In this document: positions 14,142-27,214 of the stretch, piece by piece
How the letters are laid out: each line of letters begins with the position of its first letter
Position numbering within the stretch: the stretch's first letter is position 1
DNA from: Camelus dromedarius
Lineage: Eukaryota
Assembly: GCF_036321535.1 (NCBI RefSeq)
Contig: NC_087437.1
Coordinates: forward strand, 87,918,001-87,982,000
Reading direction: 5' to 3'
DNA length: 64,000 nucleotides
Notes under the pieces: model-generated
The model's database searches: none
Seen by the model: only the letters and a program-made list of their open reading frames with translations
What the model was told of the DNA's origin: nothing
Program-made: the position numbers and the translations under genes

Positions 14142-14974
14142 CTACAAAAAAGAAAAATTTCAAGTTGCTTTTCCTGCTAAAAAATTTTCTCCTGCCAGCT
14201 GAATCAGTAGTCACCTCTAACATATGATGGAAATAATCCATTTAGAGAAAGTTACAAGAATTCACCAGTGAGAGTCATATTTCTGCGTAACACATCACAA
14301 AGCTTTGACAGCAGGCCAGTGTCATTTCCTTGAAGGCTGATGTGGGATATTATTGCTGAGGAATATTCGAAAGCTGCCAAAACCTTCCTGAAGAACAGTT
14401 TAGCACAATTATTTCAGTAATTATGCCTACTTTGAGAGAAAAGGGGTTTATATTTATTCGTAAATATTGAATGTTAGGTTGAGTATTTGCAAGACTTCAA
14501 AGCTTCACAATTAAGTACTATTTGGTTGTGTGACAATATTCAGATCTCATTTAACACATAGTTAAAACGTATAGGAAACCAAGTAAAAGTGGGCTTACAG
14601 ATTTTATGTTTGAACAGATATGAGATCTTAAATGCATCAGGCTTAACACCTCAGTCTCCTGAGTGCAGGAAGAGGTGAGGGTCAGATCTAGGCTGAGATA
14701 TGAAAGAAGAAGCTTCCTTGGTTCATCCCTCTGAGCAACCACCTTCTTCCCTGAAAGCTCTCACTGTTACATGAAGTCTGGGTAGTGCTCTCAGTTCCAG
14801 AACTTTCCTTCACTTTCCTCCTGTCTTGATAGTCAAGCATGCCAATTACCATATTCTTTCTCAACTGGAAGTTGAGAAGAAAGGACCCAAACAACACAGG
14901 GGCCGAGGGGAGAGGTAGGACTATCCCTGCTTTAATGTAATCGGGCAGCCTTTTGTCATATTTGAGCAGGTAAA

Positions 14975-15200
14975 AACACAAGCTCTGGAGCTTGTGACTG
15001 CCTGGATTCAAGTTCTCTGTTTGGTCACTTATTCTTTGTATAACCTTGACAATATTATTTAATTTCTTTGTGCTTCAGTTTGCTCTTCTGGAAAATGCAG
15101 GTAAAAGTCATACCTACCTGGCATAGTTGTTCTTAGCTTAAATGATCTGATACACCTAAGCCCTTAGAATAATGCTTGGAACAAAGTAAGTATATATCAA
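14975..15200 (+). mobile_element. MIR
   Basis: gctctggag...cctggattcaagt...taaccttgacaatattatttaatttctttgtgcttcagtttgctcttctggaaaatg. Confidence 0.75.
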
Positions 15201-15503
15201 ATCAGTGAGGAACCATTTTAAAAATTAGAGGATTAAAAAAAGTTGCTTGAAATATACATGACGTTTAAATAATTTGGGTGTAAATACTTTACGAATGTAA
15301 AAGTTTTCAGTAATTTTGACTAGTAAGGCAAATGAGCAGTTAAATGATTGAAATGCTGAATTATATTAAGAAATTTTTAACTTGCACATAATTATATGTC
15401 CAGTTTTGACATGAGTGTCTGTAAAAATTTAAATACACAGAATTTTTGTGAATTGTGCTATTCAATTAAATGAATATTTATTGAACAACTTCTACTGTGC
15501 GTA

Positions 15504-16134
15504 TGGTTGTTCCAATTATCTGTTATTGTGGAAAACACCTCCCCAGCACTTAGTAACATAACATGGTAACTATTTTATCATGCTCATTATGTGGTGGATC
15601 AGGAATCTGGGCAAAGCACAGTGGGAGTGGTTTGTCTCTGCTCCATAACTATCTCAGCTGGGCTGAGATGGTTAAAAATCTCAACTGAGGCCATACGTCT
15701 AGAATCGCATCTCTGGCGGGCTGCGGGGTTTCTCAGTTCTTCTCCACATCTTAGCATTTGTTAAGGCTGCAGAGTTCAAGATGACTTCTTTACTCAAGTC
15801 CTATTCCCTGTCCTGGGATGGCTGGAACAGATGGGGCTGTCCAGGTCTCTCTCTCTTCATGTAGCCTCTCCTTGTGAATAGCCTGGGCTTCCTTAGAACA
15901 TGGACTTCTCAGTTGTTAGACTTTTCATGATATGGTTCATGGCTCCAACAGCAAGTATGCCAAGAAGCCCCTCTAGAAGCTGCAAAGCTTTTAATGACTT
16001 ACCTCAGAAGCCCCAGAATACCACTTTTGCCACATTCTGTTGGTTAGTAAGCCACTAAAGCCAACGCAAAATCAAGGGGAGGAAAATTAGAAATGGGAGA
16101 AATAGCAAATAATTTGTTCTTTAATCCATCTCCA
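15504..16134 (-). mobile_element. MaLR MLT1-type LTR
   Basis: ggatcaggaatctgggcaaagcacagtgggagtggtttgtctctgctcc...ccacttttgccacattctgttggt. Confidence 0.7.
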
Positions 16135-16149
16135 GTCGATAAACCATTG

Positions 16150-17540
16150 ACTTTATAGCTTTTTCTAGTTACTGCCTATGACGATCAACCTTTTCAAAAG
16201 AATTTTTTACCCAGGCTGTCTCTACTCACTCCTTGACTGTCTCTATCTAATCTGGTGTTAGCTCCCATTATAGCACTAAAACTTGTCTTGAAAAAGCCAT
16301 TGATGACCTCCATGTTAGCAAAGATAACGGAAAATTTTCAGTATCATTTTTCTTGATTTCCAAGGGTTGTTTTGTTTTGTTTTTTAAACACAGTTGAACA
16401 CTTTCTTTAAAGACTCTCTCCCCTGGGCTGTTTGACACCATGCTATCTGGTTTTCCTCCTGTTTGTCTGTTTCTTCTCAGTGTTTTTACTTCCTCCCCTT
16501 TTTTCCACCCACATCCCTCTTCCTCATCACCACCACCATCCCCACATACAACCCACATCAGTTGTTACCTCTGTTTTAACTAGTACTAGTACTGTTTTGA
16601 CTAGTCAAATCCCTGTATTTATCTTTAGTCCTACTGCTACTAATCTAGTCAAAGCCAAAACTCTCTTGTACCTAATTTCCTGAAGTAGCATCCTAATTGG
16701 TGTCCCCCAAAGCCTTCTTCCCCCTTCTAATCTGATCTTCAAATTACATTCTGAACAATGATTTAAAAATTGAAAACCTTTGGATTATTTTCCAATGGAC
16801 TTAAAACTTAAAATCTTACAAAGTTCTGCCTCATCCTGTTTCATAACATTCTCTCCTTCGCTGACTTTCAGTTTCTCAACCTACCATGCTTTTAACACCA
16901 TAGGATCTTTCTCCATACTCATCTCTCCGTATGGAAAATGCCATCCTCCCTCCCTCCTATTTGTGTTCTGGCCAACTCCCACTCACCCTACTCAAAGTCT
17001 CAGCTTAAATACCATCACTTCAGAGACAACCTCATCTTTCTACCTAAATAAGTCTTCCCACGGTTCCTTATCATGTTTTTTCATAGAACAGATTACTAAT
17101 TGTCATTATATATTTTCTTATTTTATTTCTTTAATATTATCTCCAGTAAGTAGGATGTAAGTGTGATGAAGGCAGGAGTACTATGCTTTTCTATCAGTAG
17201 CACTGATATATTAGTGATAATTTTTTGCTCTGGAGTCAGACGACCTGGTGTATATTCTGGATGTAGAACCAGCTATGACTTTGGGCAAGTTATTTAATCT
17301 CTTATGCTCCAGTCCCCTTATCACAAAAAATGTGGACAATAATAACAATACCTGTCTAATAGGGCTGTGGTAAGAACTTAATGAAATTATACATGTAAAG
17401 AGATTAGCAAAAAGTCTGGCACAAAGCAGCTGCTAAATAAATATTTTCCATTGGTATTTCTATTATCATTATTATCTCTGGTACTGTGCCTGGAATATAG
17501 TTGGTGCTCAATCAGCATTTAATTATTGGATGAGTGAATG
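16150..17540 (+). mobile_element. L2 3' portion with a nested MIR (about 17200-17470)
   Basis: gatgacctccatgttagcaaa...; L2 terminus gtgcctggaatatagttggtgctcaat...gagtgaatg; MIR core tgactttgggcaagttatttaatctct. Confidence 0.7.
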
Positions 17541-18777
17541 ATGAAAGTTACACATTTTGAAAGTTACTTAAATATTTTGAAAGGTAGTAGTATATAAAAG
17601 AACTAAGGAAAAATTTTTATTTTTATATCAGGCTACACATTTCCCTTGCTTCAATGCCTGCTCTGTATAAAACTAAAATGTGTCTTAATTATCTCTTTAC
17701 AGATCATATAAAGGTTAATTCCAATTAGTACAAGTTGAATATTTACACATTTTGAATTAATGACATTCTGATTAATGAGCTTTTCTGTACATATGGTTTA
17801 TTCTAAACTAAAAGTGAATTATATATGCTGATAAATCATTAAATTTGATTCACATAGCATTTTTTAATGAGATAATTGAATAAAATTTCTCATGAATAAG
17901 AATATATTCATGGAATCATATATTATGATAAGAACAAAAATTGACCTGTGAAATTAAAATTAAAAAATATTCCTACTTAAGAAGGAAAAGGGTTCTGTTT
18001 TTCCATGGCATAATTAATGTTACCAATTTATAATATAATTTGGCTTTAATACTCTAGGGAGAGATTCATAGATGACAATCAGGCTAGATTTGTAGGGGCC
18101 AGTATGATAACAATATTAAATTAAAAAAAAAAACAATGCTTATACAATATTCCTTAGAAATAATAAATTGAATCTCATTAAAATTAGTTTTACATCAAAA
18201 TACATGACACACACTATAAGTCTCTTCAGTCTGTAATTTTCCAGCTCTTATAACTTTTTAATAACTTTTGTCCTTTTCTGTTACCACAGAATTTCCTATG
18301 ATAAAATAGAAATGGTTTAATTCACTCAGTTACAGCTCAATAGCTTAAAAATTTTCAAATCAGTTATTCATCCATTGCTAAGCAGAAAAAATAAGATACC
18401 TATTTGTGGTTAAATCTAGAAACAGATTTACTCATTTTTTTTAGTCAGATTTACTTTTTTTAGTAATTTCACATTTTATTTTATAATTAAATTAACATCT
18501 CCAAAGGCCATATTCAGGAGATTGAATCATGTGTGTACATTTGAATGTGTCCTATGTGGAATTCTGTTGCGAATTATAATCGTTTATATAATTACCATAA
18601 TCTGCCCAAGTTTTGTTGCAAAAAAAAATTTCCTATGAGACTTTTAAAATAGCACTCATAAGAACACAATGTGTAGGGCAGGGAGGTGAGGGAGTACATA
18701 TAAATGTTGGTAAGGAAATCTTATAAAGGCCCACTAATTTTATTAGGAAAAGCTTTCTTAAGAAAGCAGTATTATAT

Positions 18778-18870
18778 GGGGGGAGGGTATAGCTCAGTGA
18801 TAGAATGTGCACTTAGCGTGCACGAGGTCCTGGGTTCAATCCCTGGTACCTCCATTAAAGAAAAAAAAAG
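18778..18870 (+). mobile_element. tRNA-Ala-derived camelid SINE (vic-1-like), short form with TSD
   Basis: ggggagggtatagctcagtgatagaatgtgcacttagcgtgcacgaggtcctgggttcaatccctggtacctcc plus an A tail; TSD aagaaagca(g/a)tatt at 18760-18773 and 18871-18884. Confidence 0.9.
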
Positions 18871-19377
18871 AAGAAAGCAATATTTTCCAATTCACTATTT
18901 TTCTCTTAAACCATGGGAAATTATGGCAATCCAAGATTTTTATTCTTATGCTTCTCCCTGAAAATATCTAAGAATGGTAAGTTATTTTATCTCATTGCCA
19001 TCCTTTGGCCAATATGTATGGATTACTGGAATCATGAGAATAGTTGCATAAGATTTTGGTAGCTTCATTGTCTTCAAATTTATCAAAAACATCTCCCTAT
19101 TCATTTTGTTAAATGTCATCCTAATGAACTGTACTCTAATTCTTTGAAGATGATTGATTCCTGCATTATTAACTCTCGTTTAATCAGGGCATTCTGGTCT
19201 TGCAAACAGAATGTATTTCGCTTTTCTGATGCATTTGGTTTTTAATTTAAATCAATTGAAAATGAGACAACAGTGTACCGCAGCTCCAGGAGGAAGAACA
19301 ATCCCATCCTGCCTGTCTCTCTTACTGGATCACACTGTGATCCACCCCTCACTATTCCATTGCTGACATCACACAGG

Positions 19378-19976
19378 TGTGGCAGGCAAAATTTCTAAAA
19401 TGCACCCCACCCCAACCCCTGCCACATACACACACACCCGTAACCCACAGAGCCTGTGAATGTGGTGGCAGTATCATTCCTGTGATTAGGTTATGCTCTG
19501 TGGTGCAGTTGACTTTAAGATGGGGAGATCTTCCAGGTGGGCCTGATCTGATCACAGGAACCTTTTAAAGCAGAGAGCTTTCTCCAGCTGATGGCAGCAG
19601 AGGAAGTCAGAGTAAACTGAGGCATGAGAAGGACTTGCTATTATAAGGGTGGAAGGAGGCACTTAAGAAGGAATGCAGATGGTCTCATGGAGATAAGGAC
19701 AGCTGCCCACTGATGGCCAACATGAAAATGGGGACCTTTCTACTACAACCACAAGGAAGTGAATTTTGCCAATAACAGGAATTATGGGGAGATGCTCGCT
19801 CCAGATGAGAACAAGGCCGGCTGATACCCTGTGTTCAGCCTTGTGGGACCCTGGGCAGAAAACCCAGCAGTGCCATCCCAGATTTTGGACTTACAGAACT
19901 GTGAGTAATGAATGAGTTTTGTTTTAAACTGCTCAATTTGTGCTAATTTGTTCCACAGCAATAGAAAACTAACACA
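19378..19976 (+). mobile_element. MaLR LTR (MLT1D/E-like)
   Basis: tgtggcaggc...gactttaagatggggagatcttccaggtgggcctgatctgatcac...gcaatagaaaactaacaca. Confidence 0.85.
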
Positions 19977-21287
19977 ACTAGGAACAATCCTAATGCCCAT
20001 CGAGTGACTCGCGGAACTTACATGATGATTTGGATCTCTAACAAAGTACTTAACTTTGTCATAAATTAATATCCTAACCACTGAGCCAGTATGCACATCA
20101 AGACAAGTAACTATAGATTGCTCCAGGTTTTAAGTTCCTTTTCAGCAGCAATAAAAATTTTATCATTCTTCAAAAAAATTGAACAAAATCTCCAGCATTG
20201 TGTTCTGACAACTAAACAATTTATTAATATGTCTGAAGGTTGAAAAAATATTGATTGAAGCTACTTTCTTAGAAAGGGAGATTTCATTTTTACCCCAGAT
20301 AGACCCATATTAGGAATTCTTTTTAAGAGTTTGAGAATACTGCTTGCCAGCAACAGTATACATTCTTGTTCTAAAATGCACTCCTATCATCCAAAATATT
20401 ATTCATGATTGCCCACATGTGCCTGCCACACATCTGTTTTCAGTGTTTCTTTTCCAACTCCTGGATTCCACTCTAGCTTTTCAGTGCATTGATTTCTTAA
20501 AAATTTCATCAACCACAAATTAACCATCCCGACCCCCTCCCATTTCCAAGTGATTATCCACACCTGAAAACTTTACAACTTCACAGTACTTTTCTGCTTG
20601 CCTGGCATTTCTTTTAAGAGTATTTTCAATAATCCCACATCTTAAAACAATTTTTAAAATAGATATGGCTGTGAATGCCTATTAGCAGTCGAGTTGAAAG
20701 AAATTAATAATTGATTTACTATGAAAGATGAATAGAGGGAGAAGTAAAAATTAACACCAAAATTTCAAAAGTAAATGGTTTGAAGGAAGAAGATGCCAGT
20801 AACAATAACAACAAAAAAGGAAATGCACAAGAGGCAGCAAATCTGGAAGGAAGCAGTGAGTTGATTTTGGCCACATTGGGGTGTTTATTCAAATACTAAA
20901 AAGAAAGATTTGTACCCTAAAATTTTAAAATGTAACTTTCTTTTACAACTTTATACTAAAATCCTAATCTCCTCTCCCAAATTTTGGATTCTTCAACCCT
21001 TTATTATTCAATAAATCTGTATTTTTCTTTACACCTTGAAACTTTTATTTGTACAAGATAGACTATTCTTAAGCTATGCTTAACGTGAGTATAAGCCCAT
21101 ACTCTCATTTAAGAAATCACCTTCTATTATATTTCTCTTTGTAATTCAGGGAGTGACAATCTTCTTTAGGGAATATTCTTCTCAACTTTATACCTAGTTT
21201 GCTATTCTGACCAAGCAAGGAAATTTCACTTCCAAATGTAACCACAAACCCAGCTACTTTCCTCTGTAAACCATTGTTTCAACATAC

Positions 21288-21667
21288 TTCAGCCTGAAAT
21301 TTTCCAGCTGTGCTCAAGGGCTTCTTGCAACCACATGGAAACTATTTCTTGGGGCTTATTTTTAATTATAGCCTTTACTCTTTTTTGGTTCTTTGGATAC
21401 TTCAGATCGCAAGGTTACATGATGCTCCAGAGACATAACATTTGTGATACCACTGTATGATATTCTACAGTAATGACTATCACAAGACAGATGGAAGCGT
21501 TACCACAGAATTTGGATTTATTTTTGTAGTTTATTCAGAAAGATGTCCATGTCACCATTAATGTGTGTGCTTTGAACTCATCAGATGTTATTCATCCGGT
21601 TAGATGCCTATAAATATACCACACAACTAGGATCCCACCAAATGTCATGCTAAGCATGATCCATACC
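21288..21667 (-). pseudogene. Relic exon E9 with a transmembrane-like segment
   Basis: Acceptor cacttctgtcatttag|G then VWIMLSMTFGGILVVWYIYRH; possible donor GAA|GTATGT at 21287. Confidence 0.5.
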
Positions 21668-22534
21668 CTAAATGACAGAAGTGGTAACATACATTACACA
21701 TCCTTCCAGGGGAAAATGTACTAAAGAATATTGTGTAACATGTCTGTCTTGAGAAACAGCCTCTAATGACTGATGCATCTTACTGGCAGAGCTTTCAAAC
21801 AGACTCTCAAGTGGAGTCGTGTTTATTTCTCATAAATGATGAAAAATAAGCCAGAAAGTTCAATAAAGTTGATATAAATGTTTTCAGTTCAGCCTGAAAT
21901 AATCATGGTGGCTAGATTCCTAATTCTTCCTCAAATTATTAGAATCTACAAAGTTTTGGTTAATGTTAAAGTAAATCCAGAATGTATGTGTCTAAGAATG
22001 GGTTAAAGAGCTCTAAGATGTAATCTACCCAATAAGAACTCAGGGCCTACTGTGCTTCTCAGGGACTATTCCAGAATTGACTAAGAAGATTCAAATGATT
22101 GCTATGCTCCGGAAACCCCAATAAAGGGTCCTCCAGTGACTTTTGCCTTAATTGTTTAGAGCCTTTTTAGTTAAAAGGGTCCATACACTATCACTATAGT
22201 TTTTTTTTTTTCAGTGAAGTGTGTATGAGGGAAGAGGTGGAGTGAAAGTCTTTACTGCTGAAAATTAATTAATTAAAATGTTACTAAGGTAGCTAATCAT
22301 ATAAGATAACTTCCTTTCTACAGATGATGAATCAGATTCAGAGACACAAAATTACTTTTTGTTTAGGGTTGAACAATATCTGAACTAAAGTGTTTTGTTT
22401 CTGTTTTGATTCTAGTTGCCATACTTCTTTGATTATAACACATGGTCCTTTCATACTTATATTATTAATAAAATCTTTTGTTCGAAAATTTACTATTGCC
22501 AGAGTTAAGTAGCACAAATAACTATGCTGTAAAA

Positions 22535-22708
22535 CAGTGGTTCTCAAGGGATGGTTCCAGAACTAGCAGCAGCTGCATCACCTGGGAAATTGTTAGACAG
22601 GCCCTGCTCAAACCTAGTGAATCAGAGTCTAGGGAGTGAGCCTTGGCGATCTGTGTTTTAACAAGGCCTCCAGATGACTCTGATGTACACTCAAGCTGGA
22701 ACTCTAGA
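22535..22708. mobile_element. MER5A-like hAT MITE
   Basis: cagtggttctcaa...gcatcacctgggaaattgttaga...ctgtgttttaacaaggcctccagatgactctgatg. Confidence 0.8.
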
Positions 22709-23231
22709 ATAGTAATTCTCAACATTTGTGCATCATTGTCACCTGTACAACTTTTTAAACGCAGATCCACTCCCTACAGTTACTTATATCTGTGTAATTC
22801 TCACTTGCACAAAAGGTTGAGTGACATTACTGTAGAATGTTCATGAGATCAGTGAAATTCAGTTGTCTAACAAAGAGCTTCATTATTTTCACGTTTCGTC
22901 AATCAGGATACATTACAGCGGTGGTTATATCAACTGGAGGCAATTTTTCACAATATATTTCACAACATTTTTACTGTTGTGAGATTGAATTTTATTTGTA
23001 AGGATTTCATGTTAGATTTTAATTGAACTTAATTTGTAGGTTTTAGGGGCTGTTAGTGGAACCACAGTTTGACCTAGTATATCTAGATTAACAAAACAGA
23101 TATATCTTGCCTTTTCGATATATCTAGACTCTACATATAGAGATATGAATGACATCTTTGAATGAAAATTAATATGAACATGTATAGGGTAAAACACCAG
23201 CCAAAGTGGAGAAACCTCATTGAATATACTG

Positions 23232-23636
23232 GTTTTATGGACTGAATTGTGTCCCCCAACCAATATTTATATGTTGAAGCCCTAACCCCCAATGTGACTG
23301 TATGTGGAGATAGGGCATTTTAGGAAATAATTAAGGTTAAATGAGGTCATAAGGGAGAGACTGTAAACCAGTAGTGCCGGTGCTCTTATATATATAAGAA
23401 GAGGAAGAGACACCAGAGAGTCAATCTCTCTCAGAACATGCACAGAGAAAAGGCCATATGAGAACACAGTGAGAAGGTATCCATCTGCAAACCAAGAAGA
23501 GAACTCTCACCAGAAACCGACCCTGCCAGCACCTTGATCTTGGACTTCTAGGCTCTAGAACAGAAAAGTTAATCTCTGTTGTTTAAGCTACCCAGTCTGT
23601 GGTGTTCTGTGATCACAGCCCAAGCAGACTAATATA
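23232..23636 (+). mobile_element. MaLR LTR (MLT1A/B-like)
   Basis: tatggactgaattgtgtcccc...atatgttgaagccctaacccccaatgtgactg...caccttgatcttggacttc...cagcccaagcagactaata. Confidence 0.85.
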
Positions 23637-23639
23637 CTG

Positions 23640-25540
23640 GGTGTCTATAGGAGTCCCTGGAAAAGACTACCCTTTATGTTGGGGATAAACTAGTCCAAGA
23701 GAATGGCTACCCTTACCTACCCAAAAATGAGGCTTGAAAAAAGCAAGGCTTGAACAGATCACAGTTGTTTGCAGGTAATGTAACTGCTTGCCAGAACAAA
23801 ATGTATAGAACATATTAAAGGATGCAACAAAATCTAGCACTCAACAATGAGAAATTAGCCATGTCTAGCATCCAATCAAAAATTACTAAATGCACCAAGA
23901 AATAGGAAAATATAACTCTTAATCTGCAAAATAATGAAACAGTCCAAGGGATGACAGAGATGATGGAATTAGTGGGCAAAGACTTTAAAGCAGCTACAAT
24001 AAATATTGTCAATATGCTCAGGGTTTAAAAGAGAACATAAGTATAATGAAGAAAGAACTGGAAGATATAAAAAACACCCAATGAGACTTCTAGAAATGAA
24101 AAATACTGTCTGTCATGAACATTTCATTGGAAGCGGTTGTCAGCAAGTTGAACAGTTTGGGAGGTGGAAAGAAAAGTAAACTGGAAGACATTGCAATAGA
24201 AATTATCCCCAAAACACAGAAAACTAAGTGGAAAAATAAATAAATAAACAGAGCCTCACTGTCCTGTGGGACAATATCAAGCAACCTAACCTGTGTTTAT
24301 GGTGTCTAGGGGTGGGGGAAAAATATGAAAGGAAAGGATAGAATAAAAAAAATATTTGAAGAAATGACAGCAGAAAATTTTTTCTAAATCTGATAAAAAA
24401 CTGTAAATGCACAGATTCACAAAGCTTAACAAATCCTAAGCAAGATAAAAAGACAAGGAAACTACACTGAGAACATCATAGCTAAATTCTAAAAACAACT
24501 GATAAAGAGAAAGTCTTAAAAGCAGCCAGAGGGAAGGAAAAATTCATAATGTATAGAAGGCAGAGATCAGAATGATTTCAGACTTCTCCTTGTCAAAAAT
24601 AAGAATGAAGCTGAGACAGGAAGGTGGCAGGGCACAGCCATTCAAGGAATGCTACAGCAATTAACATCAAAATGGTGAAAGATTAAAACCCCAGTAGACC
24701 TTGAGGCCCAAGATGGTGGGAGATTTAACTTTTAGTAGACCTTGAGCTTCATTATATGCCCATTGTAATATATTAGCATGGTGAATAACATGCCCACAGG
24801 CACCATGGCAGTCCCAAGGCTAGCCACAGAAGGTCAAAGAGTGGGAAATGGCCAACTTCCTCGGAATCCCAGCCCCTTCTCCAGACTAGTTAGACTGATC
24901 CTTCCACTTCTTAGCATATGAAGCCACTGAGCCCATAAAAACTGGCAGCACGGTGCCTCGGTGCCTCGCTGCTGCCGCACCCTCTCTCTCCCTCTACAGA
25001 GATGGCCCACACTCTGTGGAATGTGTACCTACTTTTAATCTGAGCACCCAAACCCCACACCTCGTGGCTTTTCTCTTACCTTACAATGTATCTCTCTGAA
25101 TCAATCTATCTTTATTCAACTGTGGCTCACTCTTAAATTCTTTCCTGAGTGAAGCCAAGGACCTACACTTGGCGGGGCACATCCCAGGATCTCAACTGAA
25201 GCCTGGAACATGGCCCTCCTCGTGCCCCACATCCGTTTTTCCTGCATCAAAGCTACATTTTAACATGCTGAAAGGAAAGAAAAAGTCAACTTAGAATCTT
25301 GCACTCAGAGTAAATATCCAAAAGTGAAATTACCAAAAAAAAAAAGCACTGAAAGAATTCAGTTAGCAGTCCAGAACCAGAAAAATGATCATGCAATAGA
25401 ACAGGCAGAAGAAAAATGATACCTACCAGATGACAACTTGAATCTACACAAAGGAAAGAAGAGCATCTCAAAAATGGTATGTGGGCAAATACAAGAGACT
25501 TTCATCTCCAATTTATTTAAAATGTCATTTAAAAAAATTA
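23640..25540 (+). mobile_element. Old L1M ORF1-region fragment, split by a solo LTR
   Basis: Decayed ORF1-like sequence (ctgtgggacaatatcaag, gataaagagaaagtcttaaaagcagccagagg), resuming after 25253. Confidence 0.75.
24612..25249 (+). mobile_element. ERV1-class solo LTR, 638 bp
   Basis: TG...CA ends with inverted termini TGAGACAGGAA / TTCCTGCATCA; exact 4-bp TSD AAGC (24608-24611, 25250-25253); TATA-like cataaaa near 24934; internal U3 duplication (caaaatggtg...agtagaccttgag twice). Confidence 0.85.
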
Positions 25541-26424
25541 AACAAATTAATCCCTTCAAACCTGTATGTTTTTGAAACAAGTTTCCCATGCATTTATTTC
25601 TATAAATTTTCTTTTTATCCTGAGGGTTAGTTGCAAGTGGAGTCAATTTGAGAGAACTCCGTGTCTGAATTTCATCCCTGTAATTATTATCCACTATTTA
25701 TCATTCTGTTTCTTATTCCCTTTATGTTGCAGCTTTGCAGCTGGTAAAGGTGGATGATATTTAACTATTTAGAAAAACATGTAGCCAATTCTGATGCACC
25801 TTCAGTCACTTCAGCACATAACAATCACTTTCCAGGATGCACTGTGGGGTAATGTAGGTGCTGAAATTCTCAGAGTGCAAAAGACTGTAAATAGTTCATG
25901 TAGAATGACATAGCAAACTCATTCTATAGGGAAGAACCAAGGCTTTCTCACTGCCTGCCGAAAGACACTCAGCTCAGTTTAAAGGATCTACATTCCTGCA
26001 AATTATGTATTGAATGCAGTGGTTGGGATTTTTTAAAATTCTTTTTTCCCCTGAATAATAAATTTAATGAACACTGCTAAAATATAGTTTAGTAGTTTAA
26101 AGATCCAATTTTTTTTCAAATAAAGGTAAATTCTTTTCAACTATCAAATTATACAAACCCATGGCTGAATGGAGAATTATGTTGCAATAAAAAAGTGAAA
26201 TATTATCACCATCATCAAACATATTTTCAAAGGGATTTTTTTTTTTTTTTTTTTACTCAGAAAGCTCTATTCCTTAAAATTTAAGCATCTCCTGTGCAAG
26301 GTGTTTTCTGGGAAAAGAAATATAAAATTGAAGAAAAAGAAAACTAGTAAAAAAAAAAAATCCTTAAAGTTTTTAATGTTTAGAGTTGGAATTTACATAG
26401 TACAGCCGGAAGTGTAAAGCTAAC

Positions 26425-26920
26425 CTCGCTCGCTCTCTCTCTCTCTCGCTCTCTCTCATAAACCCTCCAATGGCTTCTCACAGAATCTGGAACAAAACCT
26501 ACAATCATTGTCATCTCACTCAGGTTCCTAATCTTCTGGCCTCTGCTGACATGACAGGTCATCTCCTGCCACTCTCAGCCCATCACCCACAAGAGGTTCA
26601 AGCCCTATTAACCTACTAACATCATTTCAGCCTGTTGACCTTGCCAAACCCCTGCCCGCCTGAGGACCTCCCCAGATTCCGTTCCCTCTGCCTGGAACAT
26701 GTTCCACCTGGCTAACTTATCACTTCTCTCCTTCCTCTCATCTCATCTGTAACAACTTATAATATTTCATTATATTCTTTATTTTCTCTTTGTTACACTT
26801 ATTTCACATAGTAATTATGTATTTCTATTCCAGTAGGGAGATATCATCTTTATTTCGTCTCTCTCCCCGTGTCCAAGAAGTGTGCCTGGGACAGAGTGGG
26901 ACTGCTTGTGGAATGAGTAA
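26425..26920 (+). mobile_element. (CT)n tract followed by an L2 3' fragment
   Basis: aaaccctccaatggcttctc...gttccctctgcctggaac...gtgcctgggacagagtgg...gaatgagtaaa. Confidence 0.6.
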
Positions 26921-27214
26921 ACAGCTTGATTTGCATGTGAATTCATGAATGCTTTTTACAACCAATGCCATTTCATTCTTAGATGAATTCCATGAACTCT
27001 GGTGGTATCCACTGTTATTTTATATACTCTAGTGGGTCTTTCAAGAATACTATATATTGAAATTGATTCACTTAGCAATACGTGGATTCCTGGTTGTAAT
27101 ATGGAAGATCGGTTAAAAGCATATTATATGTGAAGGTTTAGGGATACCAGATGCATAGAAATTCTAATATTCCTTCTCCCCAAAAAAGTGTACCACACAC
27201 ACTTATGAACTTAT

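Noticed and set aside
18778..18853. Apparent tRNA-Ala(AGC) gene
   Set aside because: Has an A-rich tail, a TSD and stem mismatches, so it is a SINE copy rather than a tRNA gene.
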